In this document: in pieces, positions 14,998-27,940 of the stretch
How the letters are laid out: every line of letters starts with the position of its first letter
How positions within the stretch are numbered: position 1 is the first letter of the stretch
Assembly (NCBI GenBank): GCA_910592345.1
Contig: CAJVPI010000119.1
Span: 1 to 51,974, forward strand
Reading direction: 5' to 3'
DNA length: 51,974 nt
DNA from: Paraglomus brasilianum
Taxonomy: Eukaryota
The notes under the pieces: generated by a model
Told to the model about the DNA's origin: nothing
Databases searched by the model: none
What the model saw: the letters and a program-made list of their open reading frames with translations, nothing else
Made by a program: the position numbers and the translations under genes

Positions 14998-16585
14998 TTA
15001 TTGAAATGCAACATCAAACTTTCGAGCGACAACTTTACCACCACCACTCGCAAATCCAGTACCTACAATCGAAATGCGTAAATGTAATGAACATGCAACA
15101 GGGATTCTAATCCACAAGTAAAGGCAATAATATACTTACCTTCACCCGACATATCAATTACATCTTTATCTTTGCATTTTACATCACACACAAAACATTT
15201 TTTCGATTTTTTTACAAATTTATCAACACACGAACTGCATATTACGTGTCCACATGGTTTCGTAACTGCAGAAGAAATAAATGCATCGGTGAATAGTTCA
15301 ACCTCACTGTATTGCTAACAAGAATTAGAATATACCCACGTGATATTTTTATCGTGTTTGTCAAGGTTCGACGGCATGATGGACAGACAAATGACTTTGA
15401 ATTTGCATCTTCAACTTCGGTCCACTTGGTCGCAATGAGTGCCTTGATACTGTTTTAATTTAAATAACAGCAGTCAGTCACAAGCTTACATAAAGAATAT
15501 TCATTGCAATGACAAGCTTAACATTAAAAAACCTTATAGGATGTTCGGGATCACTAGCGGTACAAACAGTTCGCAATTTAATCGTCTGAACCTCGTCTGG
15601 ATCAGCAGATGGAGTAAGTGAAGGCTAAAATAAAGAAATCAAAGAATTAATAATCAACAAATTACAAACATCAGCGATGATATTCCCATAGAAACATCAC
15701 TCACCAACCAGAAGTTGGGCAATTTCGGCTTGGCAGCTTCTGCCTAGTAACAGGTAAAGCATTAGTTGACGCATTTGAAATAGTATTCTGTACAAATGTC
15801 ACCCACCTTCTGTTCTTCCAGCCTCTTCAGTGCCTCCTCATGTTCCCGTTGAGCAATCGCTCGAAGTTCGTCCCCGTCAAGATGAAAATTTTGTTTTTTG
15901 TTGGTTCCTAAAAACATATTACATACGTAATAGACATATTTATCATATAACTCTCGCTTGTACTTATATTAGATCGCAGCTAGCGTCTGGATACCTACCT
16001 TCAATTGCCTCTCCTACTTCGTCAATATTTCTTTTAGTCCCAGTCCTAGTCTGAGTATTAGGAACACTAGATGCTGCATTTTTGTCTATATTACTCAACT
16101 CCGGCGTCTTTTCTTTGGTTCCATTGCGACTCTTTTTGTTTGAAGATAATGGCGCAATTCTCACTTGCTGTCGTTCGAAATCCAAAATTACAGCTTCCTT
16201 AGCTTCATCCTCTTTCTTCTTTGCCTTTTCCTCTTCTTCCTTCTGTCGAATCTCTAATAATGTCTGTTGTCTTTTTATCTCCTTTTTTTGTGCAAGCAGG
16301 TTCTCGTATATACATTCCTTACAGTACAAGTGTCCTTGTGAACAGCACACTGGATCTCGTGCACGCTGTAGACATAAAAAGCAAGCGTCAAAATTGCGCA
16401 TTGAATCGCGGCCCAGACGTTGCTATTCGAGCGTAGCGAAAACTAGTTAGTAAGGATCTATCAAGAGTCGATTAAAAAAATAAGTGAATCAACAGCAGTA
16501 CCTTCTTGGTGCCATAATCGAGAGCCTGGCTCTCTGCATAGGTAAAGAACGAAAGGGCTGTATTATTCTTGCTATGACGAGGCAT
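14998..16585 (-). CDS. NOSIP: Nitric oxide synthase-interacting protein (RING/U-box-like), multi-exon
   Basis: MPRHSKNNTALSFFTYAE..DYGTKK/QRLGRDSMRNFDACFLCLQRARDPVCC..GHLYCKECIYENLL; LPNFWL/PSLTP; CPSC..PCGHVICSSC..CFVC; ends GTGFASGGGKVVARKFDVAFQ*. Confidence 0.93.
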
Positions 16586-16718
16586 TTGAGTTGTTATAGA
16601 TCCAAGTCGAGAGGAAAAACTATTTGTTGAAGATTTCCCTGATTGTCAAGAATGTTACACAAGAAGGAAAATCCATATCTGCACACTTTTACTTTCAACT
16701 AAATTTTACTTTAAACCC

Positions 16719-17303
16719 ATGTCTTCAGGACCAAGCTCTACACCTTCAGGCATAGTCACTACTGAAGCGAACGAACGCCTCATTCCCTCTAGTCGCCGAG
16801 CCGACGGCTCAGTACGCAGAGAACGTCGAGTCCGCGCCGGTTACGTACCACAAGAAGACGTCCAGGTATACCAGAACCTCCACGTTCGAAGACGTCAAGA
16901 ACAAGCCGCCCCTCCGCAAAGAAAAGAGATCCCAAGAACAGCAGCACAGAAAAAGAATGAGAAGAGGAGGCAAAAGAAGAAAGAGGCAAGAGAGAATGAA
17001 AGAACAGGGGATGATCGGATAGAGGAGAATCTGGGCGAAATCACGGAGAATCTAGAGGCTTTGAATTTAGTTGAGGGCGATGATGGACAACCGAGTGGCG
17101 AGACTTTAACAAACAAGCCACAAACAGAAATTGAAACAGCGAGAAAGATCAGGACATTAGAAAAGAAGCTTAAACAGGCTGATAAACTTAAAGAAAAGGC
17201 TGATCTTGGTGAAACTTTGTTGCCTGAACAGCAGGAAAAAGTTAACAGGTCGGATTCATGGAGAGAGGAACTTGATGCGTTGAAGAAATTAAACAATAAT
17301 TAG
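16719..17303 (+). CDS. PYM1: Partner of Y14 and Mago (exon junction complex disassembly factor)
   Basis: IPSSRRADGSVRRERRVRAGYVPQEDV Mago-binding motif; C-terminal KIRTLEKKLKQ...L.PEQQEKV. Confidence 0.92.
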   Translation: MSSGPSSTPSGIVTTEANERLIPSSRRADGSVRRERRVRAGYVPQEDVQVYQNLHVRRRQEQAAPPQRKEIPRTAAQKKNEKRRQKKKEARENERTGDDRIEENLGEITENLEALNLVEGDDGQPSGETLTNKPQTEIETARKIRTLEKKLKQADKLKEKADLGETLLPEQQEKVNRSDSWREELDALKKLNNN

Positions 17304-17427
17304 CATTAGATTGTAAAGGGAGGAATTAGGATTGTACAGGTTAATGGGAATACATGTATAAATATAAATATATATATGTGATGTTTAGACGCCTAATTAA
17401 TAAAAGTTGTAGTATAAGCATATTTAA

Positions 17428-17435
17428 TCACGTGA
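17428..17435. promoter_or_regulatory. E-box TCACGTGA upstream of GGTase-I beta
   Basis: Palindrome ~70 bp before ATG 17505. The same core occurs at 5622-5629 and 21019-21024 near other start codons. Confidence 0.4.
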
Positions 17436-17504
17436 CATAACGCTGATCCTTTAATGTTGAACCGCTTCTTAATGGTTCGAAATTTCTCGTTTATATCTGG
17501 CCAA

Positions 17505-19510
17505 ATGGCCTCAACTGATATGTTGGAAGATGATACATTGACGGAGGATTCGTCAAACATAACTTTTGATAGAGATAGGCATGTTATGTATTTTAAAAGA
17601 TGTATGAATTATCTTCCTGAGCCATACACAAGTAACGATACAAATAGGTAAACAGCTAATTATCTTTAAGATATGGAATGCACCGGTCGTTCCAATTAAA
17701 CCAAGGAGATTATAATATTATTACCCAGAATGACACTTGCCTTCTTCGGTCTTGGCGGAATAGACCTCTTAAACAAGATAGAGACAATCTACTCACCAGT
17801 GCAAAGAGAGCAATGGATTGACTGGATATATGCGCAACAGATTCTTCCAGATAAGGACAATCCAGGTAAGTTCTCGAACACTTGGTTGAACTCGAATGTC
17901 TCCCCGACTAAAATTTAATTTTGGGTGGTTAGAATTAAATCGACAGATTTGTGGATTTCGCGGTTCACCGTTCTCAGGATTACCTTACAATCCGCAAGGA
18001 GTAAGTCTTCTTCTTGCTAGAGAAAAACTTGCAGAACAGCAGTTGGATTTATGTGTTTACTTTTCCCCATAACTTTATCGTATTCAAGTGTCATGAATCG
18101 AGATTCCCATTTGATGCAGCTCATATAGCAATGACATATACGGCTTTATGCACTCTTCTCATTCTCGGAGATGATTTTTCTCGAATAGATCGGGATGCCA
18201 TCGTAAATGGGCTAACTTATCTGCAAAAGGACGATGGAAGGTATGCCAGTCGCTCATTTCTTACGGTACGGAACTATGAACTTAATTTCGATTATGTATA
18301 GCTTTACTCAGACGTATAATGGGATGGAATCGGATATGAGGTTCTTGTATTGTGCTTGTGCTATATCCTACATGTTGAAAGATTTCAGCGGTATCGATAT
18401 TGGAAAGTGCATAGAGTACATAAGGCGGAGCCAGGTAACCTTTAGCAAAAGCCATACTCCATTCACTTACAAACTATTTAATAACACAAATGTATATCTC
18501 TAAAGGGATATGACTATGGTATAGCACAAAAGCCAGGACTAGAGTCTCATGGTGAGCATAGTCAACTATATTACGTATAATTACCAAACGTTACTTAAGA
18601 CTGATCGTCTAAGGTTAAGTTGATCTCAGGAGGCTCTACGTATTGCGCAATAAGTGCGTTGAGTCTGTTAAATAAGATAGATGAAGGACTCATATCAAAG
18701 GACAGGACTATATTTTGGCTATTGTCGCGTCAAGTGTCTGGATTTCAAGGGCGTGCAAACAAACCAGAAGACACATGTTACTCCTTCTGGATTGGTGCTT
18801 CATTGAAGGTACTAGGGGAGGAAAGTTGTCATTGCGAGAGTATGCACATACATGCACATGCACACGCACACGAAAAAACGTAACATTGCAAATGTAAATG
18901 GATATCTTTCAATCTTAATCAACACTTTGCATACTATTGCAGAGCTAAAATTCTTGCCCTCCATGTCGGACTCGCCTAGGAGTATAATTGCTCGAAGAAA
19001 ATCTATTGATTTTAAAATAGTAAAGAGAATCGATGCACAGGAAACATATGGAACAGAAGGTTGCTAGTCACTGTTAAAGGGTCGATAGTTTCCCCATGTG
19101 CATGTGTGTGTATTATCCAATGACAAGACACATGTGATATTACAAAGTGACTGAAACTAATAGTTGTGTTTCCATTTAAAGATTTTGGGTGTATTTGATC
19201 TTATTGATAAAGAGGCCAATCGTCTCTTTCTCTCCACTACCGAGTGTCATCACGGTGGTTTCTCAAAATGGCCCGATCTGGTACCTGGTTCGTATGCTAA
19301 CCGTTTGTGTTTAAAGAGCGTTCATCCAAAGCATTCCAATGTACTTACTAACGGCAATCTTCACCTCCAGACATAATGCACGCATACATGGGAATTGCAG
19401 GCTTATCGTTAATGGATGAGCCAGGAATGTCTACGCTAGATTGTGCGCTGAATATTTCGGGGAAAGCTCGACAGAATTTGGAAAATAGCGTATTCTGGCA
19501 GGGAGATTAG
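17505..19510 (+). CDS. PGGT1B: Geranylgeranyltransferase type I beta subunit, multi-exon
   Basis: HVMYFKRCMNYLP.PYTSNDTNR/MTLAFFGLGGIDLL; CGFRGSP; AHIAMTYTALCTLLILGDDFSR; ESDMRFLYCACAISYML; ESH/GGSTYCA; GFQGRANKPEDTCYSFWIG; GGFSKWPD..P/DIMHAYMG. Confidence 0.95.
18826..19126. mobile_element. Degenerate inverted-repeat element (MITE-like) inside GGTase intron 18809-19181
   Basis: TTGTCATTGCGAGAGTATGCACATACATGCACATG (18826-18860) versus CATGTGCATGTGTGTGTATTATCCAATGACAA (19095-19126). This intron is ~370 nt; the others in the gene are under 100 nt. Confidence 0.55.
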
Positions 19511-19773
19511 AAGAGATATCTTGTACAGTATGATTGGAATATGAAAGATTGTTTATTCGTTTTCTGTAATTGTACAACAAAAGTGGTATGCGCAAGTTGG
19601 AAAATTCGAAATCAAATGCAGTGAAACATGCACGTTAATGTTTCTTATATTTACATCTAATTACCCACAATACTTGCTCACTTTTGGTAAGGGTCATTAA
19701 TCCTTCAAATTATCATAATCCGTAAGCCAAAATATGGTATGGTTTTTGCTTGATAGCTATTTACTGTAACATA

Positions 19774-20970
19774 TTAATACATTCCCTGGTGAGAGTTGAA
19801 TAAACCCTTCACAATTGCCATTGTTGAAGTAGCTTGTTCACTTCCTCGCTTTTCTGAAAGTTTTATATAGATGAATTATTTAGTGAATTATATCAGATAT
19901 TAATAAGAGTCGCTATTTCCAAGTTACCTGGTTTACGCGTACGCTTCTTTCTTAAATACTTTCCGTGTCTCTGCAATGTGTTCAACAGCTTCGGCACTAA
20001 ACAGCCGTAAGGATTTCAATGCGATTGTAATATTATTTATTTATTGCAAATTTCGGAAAACTTACCGAATATACGCATCTTCGTTAACTCTTTTACAATT
20101 GGAGCATTCCGCGAGATTAGATTTTGTTGTATGTTCCGTTTATTAAGAGGTGCCACTAAATCGTTAAGTGACTAAAGTTGGGAGCACACTTGCGTAATTA
20201 GATGATTATTCGAGTTGGAATATGCTTTTATGCAAGTATCGATAATACAATACCTTGTAATTTTCATATCTCTGTTTCATCTTTATATAATCTTTTACCA
20301 ATTTACAGACCTGCGACCTTAGAGTAGCGTATCTGTAAACACAATATAATAAATGAATAGGATACATAAATCATATCAAACGTTCGGTTATTTTCTGTGT
20401 TGATATTACCTCGCTAGCTTTGATCGCTCATATTCGTAACCTTCATCTGTGGGCCATTGTGATGGGAATGAATCTATCCAACTGAAGTTTTAAATATTCA
20501 GATTAGAACATATCGTTTTAAATCGCGCCACCTTTTCCCCCGACCATTGAATCTTTGAATTACCTTAGGCTATCAAAATCCTCGAACCGTTCCACGCGGA
20601 TACGCCCAAGCAAAGCGTCCCGACGTTTCTGATCGTACAGCGACTGAAGTTGCTCTAACAATTGGCGAACAGATTGATGGCTGAATGTCTGAAGATACTG
20701 TTTTTTATTTGCCGTGTTTACTACATACAGAATGAATCAGGTAAATGAGACAACTGACCATATACTGTATTGGTAAATAACCACAAAATACTTACACCTC
20801 ACAACAACAGAATTGATAACGCTTGGTGGTATGGTGTTATCGTCGCCCTCGTAGTCCTTGTGTTTCTTTAGTGTTAACCATTTTGGCGAAGGCTTGAATG
20901 GTTGTTTAAAAATTCGTATTTGTTCTCGTATAAACGCCTTTTTGTGATTATATCTATCTAAGGACGCCAT
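19774..20970 (-). CDS. fta4: Kinetochore Sim4-complex subunit Fta4-like, multi-exon
   Basis: KKAFIREQIRIFKQPFKPSPKW; LN..IKK.....FSHQSVRQLLEQL; IDSFPSQW; YATLR; LVAPLNKRNIQQNLISRNAPIVKELTKMRI. Splice sites are phase-consistent through to TAA at 19774. Confidence 0.8.
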
Positions 20971-21559
20971 TCAGCCAATTTCGTAGCGAAGAGTCCTGGC
21001 GACCATACTGGCTGATTGCACGTGACACATTGCTTCATTTCTCGACACTCCCATTTTCTCACGGTACTGGGATAATAGCGGTTGACATTGTGATTTTTTT
21101 TAGATAACAACAAAAACACGCTACGATTTGCATTTTTAATGTTGACGCGATTTGTTGACTTAAATTATATGTCTTCATACTGTATGACATGTATGAGCCA
21201 AGTTCCAAATTTCATTAGACCATGGAAGAATGCTTAATTAAGCGAAAAAAAAATCGTCATTAGCTTCTCATTATTATTATCTATAATTTACACATGCTCA
21301 TAATCACATGCAGTACTATACCTTTGACATATCTTCTAGCCTTTATCACGTGGACTTTTAACTTTTCGTTTTCTTTCCGTCCTGCTTGTTCCTCTTTAGG
21401 ATCGAATATTGAGACAAAAGCGAAAGAAATGAACCAGACTTATTAAGTATCTATAACATCAGCATGTTGTTCGCTGCAATAACAATAATAACAGTCGTAG
21501 AATAATTTGGCTCATCGATTAATATGGCAACAGTACACGTAGATAAAAATAGGCAGTTC

Positions 21560-21780
21560 GATTAGATATATAAGAAGCGCGACTTTCCGATAGAATTAAT
21601 CATGTTCAATTAATACTTCTTTCTAATAAACAAGTAGTTTTTTATACTCTGAAATACATTACTGCATTATTAATGATTCGTTCACTGATATAGTTGTGAA
21701 CCGCTAATCCCTATAGTAATATTCGCCGTGAATATTCTCGTGGCATTACGATTGTTATTTGCTTACGATAGACGTACGTT
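21560..21780 (-). repeat. Dispersed degenerate repeat, inverted homolog of ~49980-50340
   Basis: Reverse complement GAACGAATCATTAATAATG..TATTTCAGAGTATAAAAAACTACT..TATTAATTGAACATGAT..TATCGGAA..CGCTTC matches 50147-50330. Confidence 0.8.
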
Positions 21781-21803
21781 TGAATATATACTGTACAAGT
21801 ATA

Positions 21804-22127
21804 CACCCCCATGCCAAAAGATACAAGATTTTACTAGTAAACATATGAAAAGTCGAAATTTTTGAGGGCTAATTCTCAAACAAGTACCAATAACATTTAT
21901 TGTAGTTTTTAATCGAGATATCAGCAATTTTAGGATATTACTGTTACAGTGTGAGAAGATGAAAGCTTCACTCGCTTAATTAATATTAAATGATTGACGT
22001 AGATCGTATTTATACTTTTGGCGAGGTATAGACGACAATCGTTAATATATAAATTTTATTGGTACTTGTTTGAGAATTAGCCACTTGAAGATTTTCGATT
22101 TCCATATGTTTTACTAGCATGGGGGTG
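21804..22127. mobile_element. MITE with long TIRs, TA-flanked
   Basis: TA-CACCCCCATG...CTAGTAAACATATG..GCTAATTCTCAAACAAGTACCAATAA and TTATTGGTACTTGTTTGAGAATTAGC..CATATGTTTTACTAGCATGGGGGTG-TA. Confidence 0.85.
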
Positions 22128-23683
22128 TACCTCAACCTATAAGCTTCCGAATTAATTCTATCAGGAGGAATAACTCGAGGGCGAATAACCGTCTAGGATT
22201 AGTATTAGTGTCTACCGAGCGTGAGAAGTTTAAAGGTCACTATAAGTAGGAGAAGCCACAGCTCCGTTCGAGATAGTCAAATCCCAATCGATTGTTCTCC
22301 CGCGATTGATGACTCGATAATACTAATTTTGAGGTTGTCCTCAGGTATAACCAATGAGCTAATTTTTTGTTGCATTTTTAAATACATATTATGAACTTTT
22401 TACTCAAAGCAATGTGTTTAATATAGGGATTATGTCTACATAATATATAATATTAATATGAAATTATTTCTACCATGGAACCAAAGAATTATAGCACAAT
22501 TAGCAGCATGCTAAAGAAAGAACAAGAAGAAAAAACTGCTCCATAGGTTTTTAAAAACAAATGTAATATAGTCTGACGTTGGTTTTCTTTATCGTATGTA
22601 GACATTTTCAGAGCTAAATTGGACAAGTGTTACGGTCGCAATGTCTGGGGTTTGAGAGAACGATTATCTTTCCGGGGATGTTACCAGATTTAGCTTCAAG
22701 CTACCGCTCTTATTACGGTAGTTGTTCACTTAAGACTGAATACTAAACCTACAAGTAATTTAATTTAATTATTAAAATGCGCGCTTCTTAACTCCCTATA
22801 CAAGTTTCAGTCACTCGTAATCCAAATAAGGGTGGCTACGACTAGAATGACAACAATTATTCTATTGCAGAATCGAAGGGGATTATAAATTAAACAGGGC
22901 TATCTTCGATTTGGTGTTTCGACTAGTCAGGTTCTGTCACTTGTCTCAAACTAATTAAACAATATTCGTTTTAATTAATAACTCTCGTTCCTCAATTAAG
23001 AGTACTAAATCAGCGGATGACTTATTATTATTATACAGCTTAAATAGCTTAAATTAGTGAAAACAAAGTTTGTGAAATAGCACAATAGAAGTAAACCTTA
23101 GAATAAAGGAGAAGATATGGTTGTGACAACTGATACCTTGTTGACAGATAACTTGCTCAATGCAGAGAAAATACCCATAGTAATCTTTAGATAGAGTAAG
23201 CAATAGTAAACTTTGTATGCTGTATTTATAAGAGCAGTTATAGTTGGGACTCTCAACATCTATGGAATTATCTGCTCCTTGAGCAAAAACCAATCATGGG
23301 GGGGGGGTTACGGAAACGCCTAAGTCAAGTATCCGATCAACGAATTATTGTTCAAAGACAAACCAAAACAGAAACTATTTTACCTAAGGCATCTTCCTTA
23401 ATTTTGCCAACGAGCCAATTCGCGTTCAGCTCGAAGTTTATGTCCCGGCACCACACTACATCGTCCGCATCCGAAAAAAGAGCGTTATTATACAGCTCCT
23501 TAATGAAAACACCGGATAAATCTACACTCCCAAAACTATCCATCCCCTCCCTTACTGACAACGATAATAATTCAGAACCTATACTCATATATCAACTCAT
23601 TCTATTACTTCAGTTAATCAACCGACTCAAGCTTTGCAAGACAAATACTTTTATTATACGATCAACAAAAATTTTTGATATAG

Positions 23684-24110
23684 CATACTGCGGAAAACCA
23701 ATAAACCGATAATTTTTTTAATTCCCGAAAATTTTGTAATAAAATTCTACTCGGAAAACCGATATAACATATAAAATCGCGCAAATTCGATAACCGATAT
23801 CATTTGTTTAAGAATAAACCAATATACCAATAGCAAAGCTGAGCATTTTGCTGATAATGATATTATTGCAACCATACAAAACGAGGAAGACGAAAATGAT
23901 AGTGATAAGGAATATAAATAGCAACCGACAATTTCATTAAAAGTAGCTTTAGAAGTGTGGACAATGTAATGCGATTTGTCAATAATCTTCCTAGAGGTTT
24001 CGTCTTCGATAAGAAGGCATTATTATTATCGATTCTGCATTTATTGAAATTAGAAATTTTGCGCTATCAAACAGATAGTTTAAATCAATCACAATTGATA
24101 GTTTCATTGA
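23684..24110 (+). pseudogene. pogo/Tigger-type element remnant: subterminal AAACCGATA repeats plus transposase C-terminal fragment
   Basis: 23684-23830 resembles the reverse complement of 31745-31800. Downstream translation ADNDIIATIQNEEDENDSD..PTISLKVALE..VMRFV..LKLEILRYQTDSLNQ.TIDSF resembles Tigger/CENP-B C-termini. Confidence 0.55.
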
Positions 24111-24375
24111 CATTGGCACAGCAAAAATAATTGAAGGTGATAAAGCGAATTCACCAACTAATTTCCTCAACCACAAAATAGTGAAGAGCTTAATAAACGA
24201 CTTTATTATAAAATTATATAGCGAATTCCTTAATCTCCTGGATGGGGAAGTCACTGAGGTGTTTAATGCTTTCACCAATAAAATGTAATAATCCTCAAAA
24301 CCGATGAAACATTACTATCAGTTCTTCGAGCTTTGACCGTAACAAGTTTCTATACTAATAAACTGCACGGGGGCG

Positions 24376-24765
24376 CAGCCTCCAAAAAAATTATCTTAGT
24401 CATAACGTTAAACAACTTACACGGCGTGGCTATAACTCCTCATGCAGATTTCCAATTACATTACATCGACAATCTTTTGCACTTTTTCTCAACTGATCTC
24501 AGTCGCAAAGGGCTTTCTAACCTATGCTTTTAACTTTGTGGGATATTGCGAGTCATCAGTGCTTAACACTTTCTTCGCGATATCCGCAAGCTCTTACGAA
24601 ATTAAGCTTGCCCGAATTCGGTTCTAAGTTGTTGAGGTATTCCAAGACATCGAATTTCTCAATGCTCATAAATTCAAATGTAGCTTGCAGACTTTTTATA
24701 ATAAATAAGGCAAGGGTTTGTAAGTGATACAGGCTTTTAATATTAAGGTCAGCGAGCGACAACAA
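24376..24765 (-). pseudogene. Decayed coding fragment, unidentified family
   Basis: ORF 24556..24765 continues in frame through several stops (..EESVKH**LAISHK..EIS*EKVQKIVDVM*LEICMRSY..RYD*DNFFG). Confidence 0.4.
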
Positions 24766-25318
24766 ATTTTAATTTACACGCACGCGTCTACGACACACCG
24801 ACTACGATCGTCCAGATTAAAAATAGTTAACATACTCTCTTCCATAAGTGTTTGAAACTTCGTTCTTTATTCACCCAGGCACTTTTTCTATAAAAATAAT
24901 GAAAAAAAAAATTAAAAAATAAAAACCAGAATTGTTTGGAAAATAGTGCTGAAATTTGAAATTGTTATCTACTCTCATAAAGTCATTCTTGCTCTTCTAA
25001 ATTGTAATTACCCCTATTACATTAAATTTGTGGAATTTAATTAAGATTGAATTAATATCAGGTGACCGATCTGATAGTCGGTTCGGCAACTCCGATGCCG
25101 ACCTTCAAAACACCGGGGAACGTACATCGGCGCATAATAATAAGCATAATGATGATGCTCTTATGAATCTTACCAGAACAAATAATTTAATCCTACCAAA
25201 CAAACGTCTTGAATTAGATATCTGTCTTACGTTACTCTTTCAAAGACAGCCTTTGCGCCACATGTGCATTCTCAAATCTTTCCTCTCTCATTATTAACTT
25301 GAACGTCGTTTAGAAAAA

Positions 25319-27940
25319 ATGTCGACATTTATCCCTGACTTGCAGCGTATTTCTGGATGTACGGCGATGGACCAGCTGATTTTAGATTCCAAAACTTTCT
25401 TGCCATGTCTTGAGATGGAACATTACCGCCTTAAATGGATTCCTCACTTTGAGTTTAAAAATATAACGTCAATTCAAAACCCTACCGATAAGTTTACCCA
25501 CAGTGGTGATTTGAATGTAATACCAGTAACCCTAATGCTACTTGAAACCAATGATAAATGCACTAATGAATTTATTCAAGAGATCGCTAGAATATATTCA
25601 CTTTCAACGAGTAGACATGAAAATTGCGATCAATTCAAAAGGTATCCAGTATGGCTCGAAAATCGCAATGAGTGGACGATAGGGTTTACTAATTTTGAAG
25701 GAAATTACTATATGGTAGTTTGCAAATCTTTTGTTCAATATTATGTACAATACGGATTTTGCTCTGCATGTGGAATACTCAGATGCAGTTTTGTATGGTG
25801 TATCTGTGGTCATAAGGAATTGATAAATTCATGGACCAGCAACAATGAAATGCTTGACAAGCTTATTAAGCACTCGCAAAGACAAACGATATCAGCAAAC
25901 GAAGCCTACCTAGAATGGATTCCATTTGACAATTTGGATTACTTTCAACCATTTGCGTATGCTAGACCTCATGTTGAGAATTCTAGTAATAGACGGTTTG
26001 CCCGCTTATCCTATCTGCCAGCTGTTACAGAGGTAGAACTAGTTCCATTTCAAGTATCAGAATATACTGGCGATTCATGCTATCATAAGGTTTGACTATA
26101 AAATGCTTTTCTCTGCATATATAAGTTATATAACGTTAAATGGCTTAATTCGTGTAATGTTTTAATGAATAATTTTTATAGTTATGCGTCGATTATCCAG
26201 GCATACTTGACAAAAACAAATGGGTTATTGTTGGGTTTACATATGACACAAAAGTGCAAAAATACTATTTGATTAAAAATAGCAATCCATATAGAGATGA
26301 GTTATATGGATTGTGTCTGGCATGTACAGAAGATTTGGACCCTTACATAGATGCATTTTGCTTTAACTGTAAAGCACCAAACCCACTTGATGGGACTACT
26401 GGCAATAAGTCTTTGGATCTACTAATTATGAAATCTTGGAGTAATACAGTTGATAAGTATGACAACTATATACAATGGATAAAATTCTCTCATTTGACAG
26501 CTATACAAGAAAAGCCATTACTGGATTATGCATGCACACATACAGCAGACTGCCTAGGACGACTATTGGCAGCAGATAGAAAGAGTTTGATAAAAGTAAT
26601 ACTCAAAAAAGTTGTTCATGGGCATGATGCAGAAGCATATGATTTCAATAAGGTAATAGTAATTGCAACAACCTTGTCTTGATGTTAATGTGTGCATTAT
26701 AATAATAATAAGTCATCTTTAAACTAATTATAATCATTATTATTTCACTCAAATAGTTAACAAAAACTTATCCAAATATGTTATCACCACACAATATTCA
26801 TATTTTTGGCATTGCTCAAGAGCCATCTACTCAAGACTATTATTTGGTGTTTTATGATAATGTATGCCAAGTCTTAGATAAGCTCATGCAAGTTATAAGT
26901 AGTCAGCATGAACTAAAATTTATGGAATTTGCTGATTTTAATGAAATTGAAGAGGTTGGATCTGGTGCTTATGGAACGGTCTACACTGCCAACTGCAATA
27001 GCTTAAAAAAACAAGTTGCTTTAAAAAGTTTTAAAAATTCAAATGAAATACCAGAATTGTTTATTTCCGAGGTAGGTCTTTCTGATACTGTCAACAGTTT
27101 TAATCACATAAAAACTGATATGTGTTTCTAAATATCTTTCAGTGCAAAAATTATGCCAAGTGTTGTCATGATAAAAGTTTTCTTCAATTTTATGGAATTA
27201 CAAAACAACCAGAGACAAAAGAGTACATGGTTGTGATACAGTATGCCAACGAGGGCAACCTTTTTTCTTATTTGAATCGAAATATTAACAAAATGACATG
27301 GAAAATGAAAGCAAACCTCTTAGAACTTATCGCAAATCAGCTAAATACAATTCACTTTTCATCGTTAATTCATTGCGATCTTCATGGCAGAAATATAATC
27401 TTGAACAAAACAACAGACACCGATTTGAGCACACCATTCATATGTAATCTTGGACTCTCTGTACCGAAAAATTCGCCCGCGTCAAATACCTCAAGCATTA
27501 AAGGTGTATTGCCATATGTTGCACCGGAAGTCTTTCATACTAGAAAATTCACCCAGGAATCGGATATTTATGCTTTTGGCATGCTTATGTACTTGATTGC
27601 AACTGGTGAGCCACCTTTCAGGGATAGACTATTTGATGAGCATTTGGCAAGAGATATCTGTAATGGGCTGAGGCCAAAAATGCCTGAATCCGCGCCAGAA
27701 AGATATAGGCGACTCGCTGAAGATTGTTGGAATGCGGATCCCAAAAAGCGTCCTAATACAGGTTTACTCGGTTTTACGTCTTATATGTTTACGGTAGGCG
27801 ATGCTAAAGAGGGTTGGCATACCGTCTATCATAATGATGTAAGGCCTTTATCGCGACTCGAGAAAGAAAGCATATATTCTAGCAGGTTGCTACCCACAGA
27901 AAATTTGCCCAAACCAAGAAATGGAAATGACTCTGATTGA
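25319..27940 (+). CDS. TKL-type protein kinase with tandem N-terminal modules (exons 25319-26089, 26182-26652, 26757-27071, 27143-27940)
   Basis: EVGSGAYGTVY, VALKSF, FISE, FYGIT, HCDLHGRNII, ICNLGLS, GVLPYVAPE, SDIYAFG, CWNADPKKRP. Three phase-0 GT-AG introns link the track ORFs. Confidence 0.88.
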
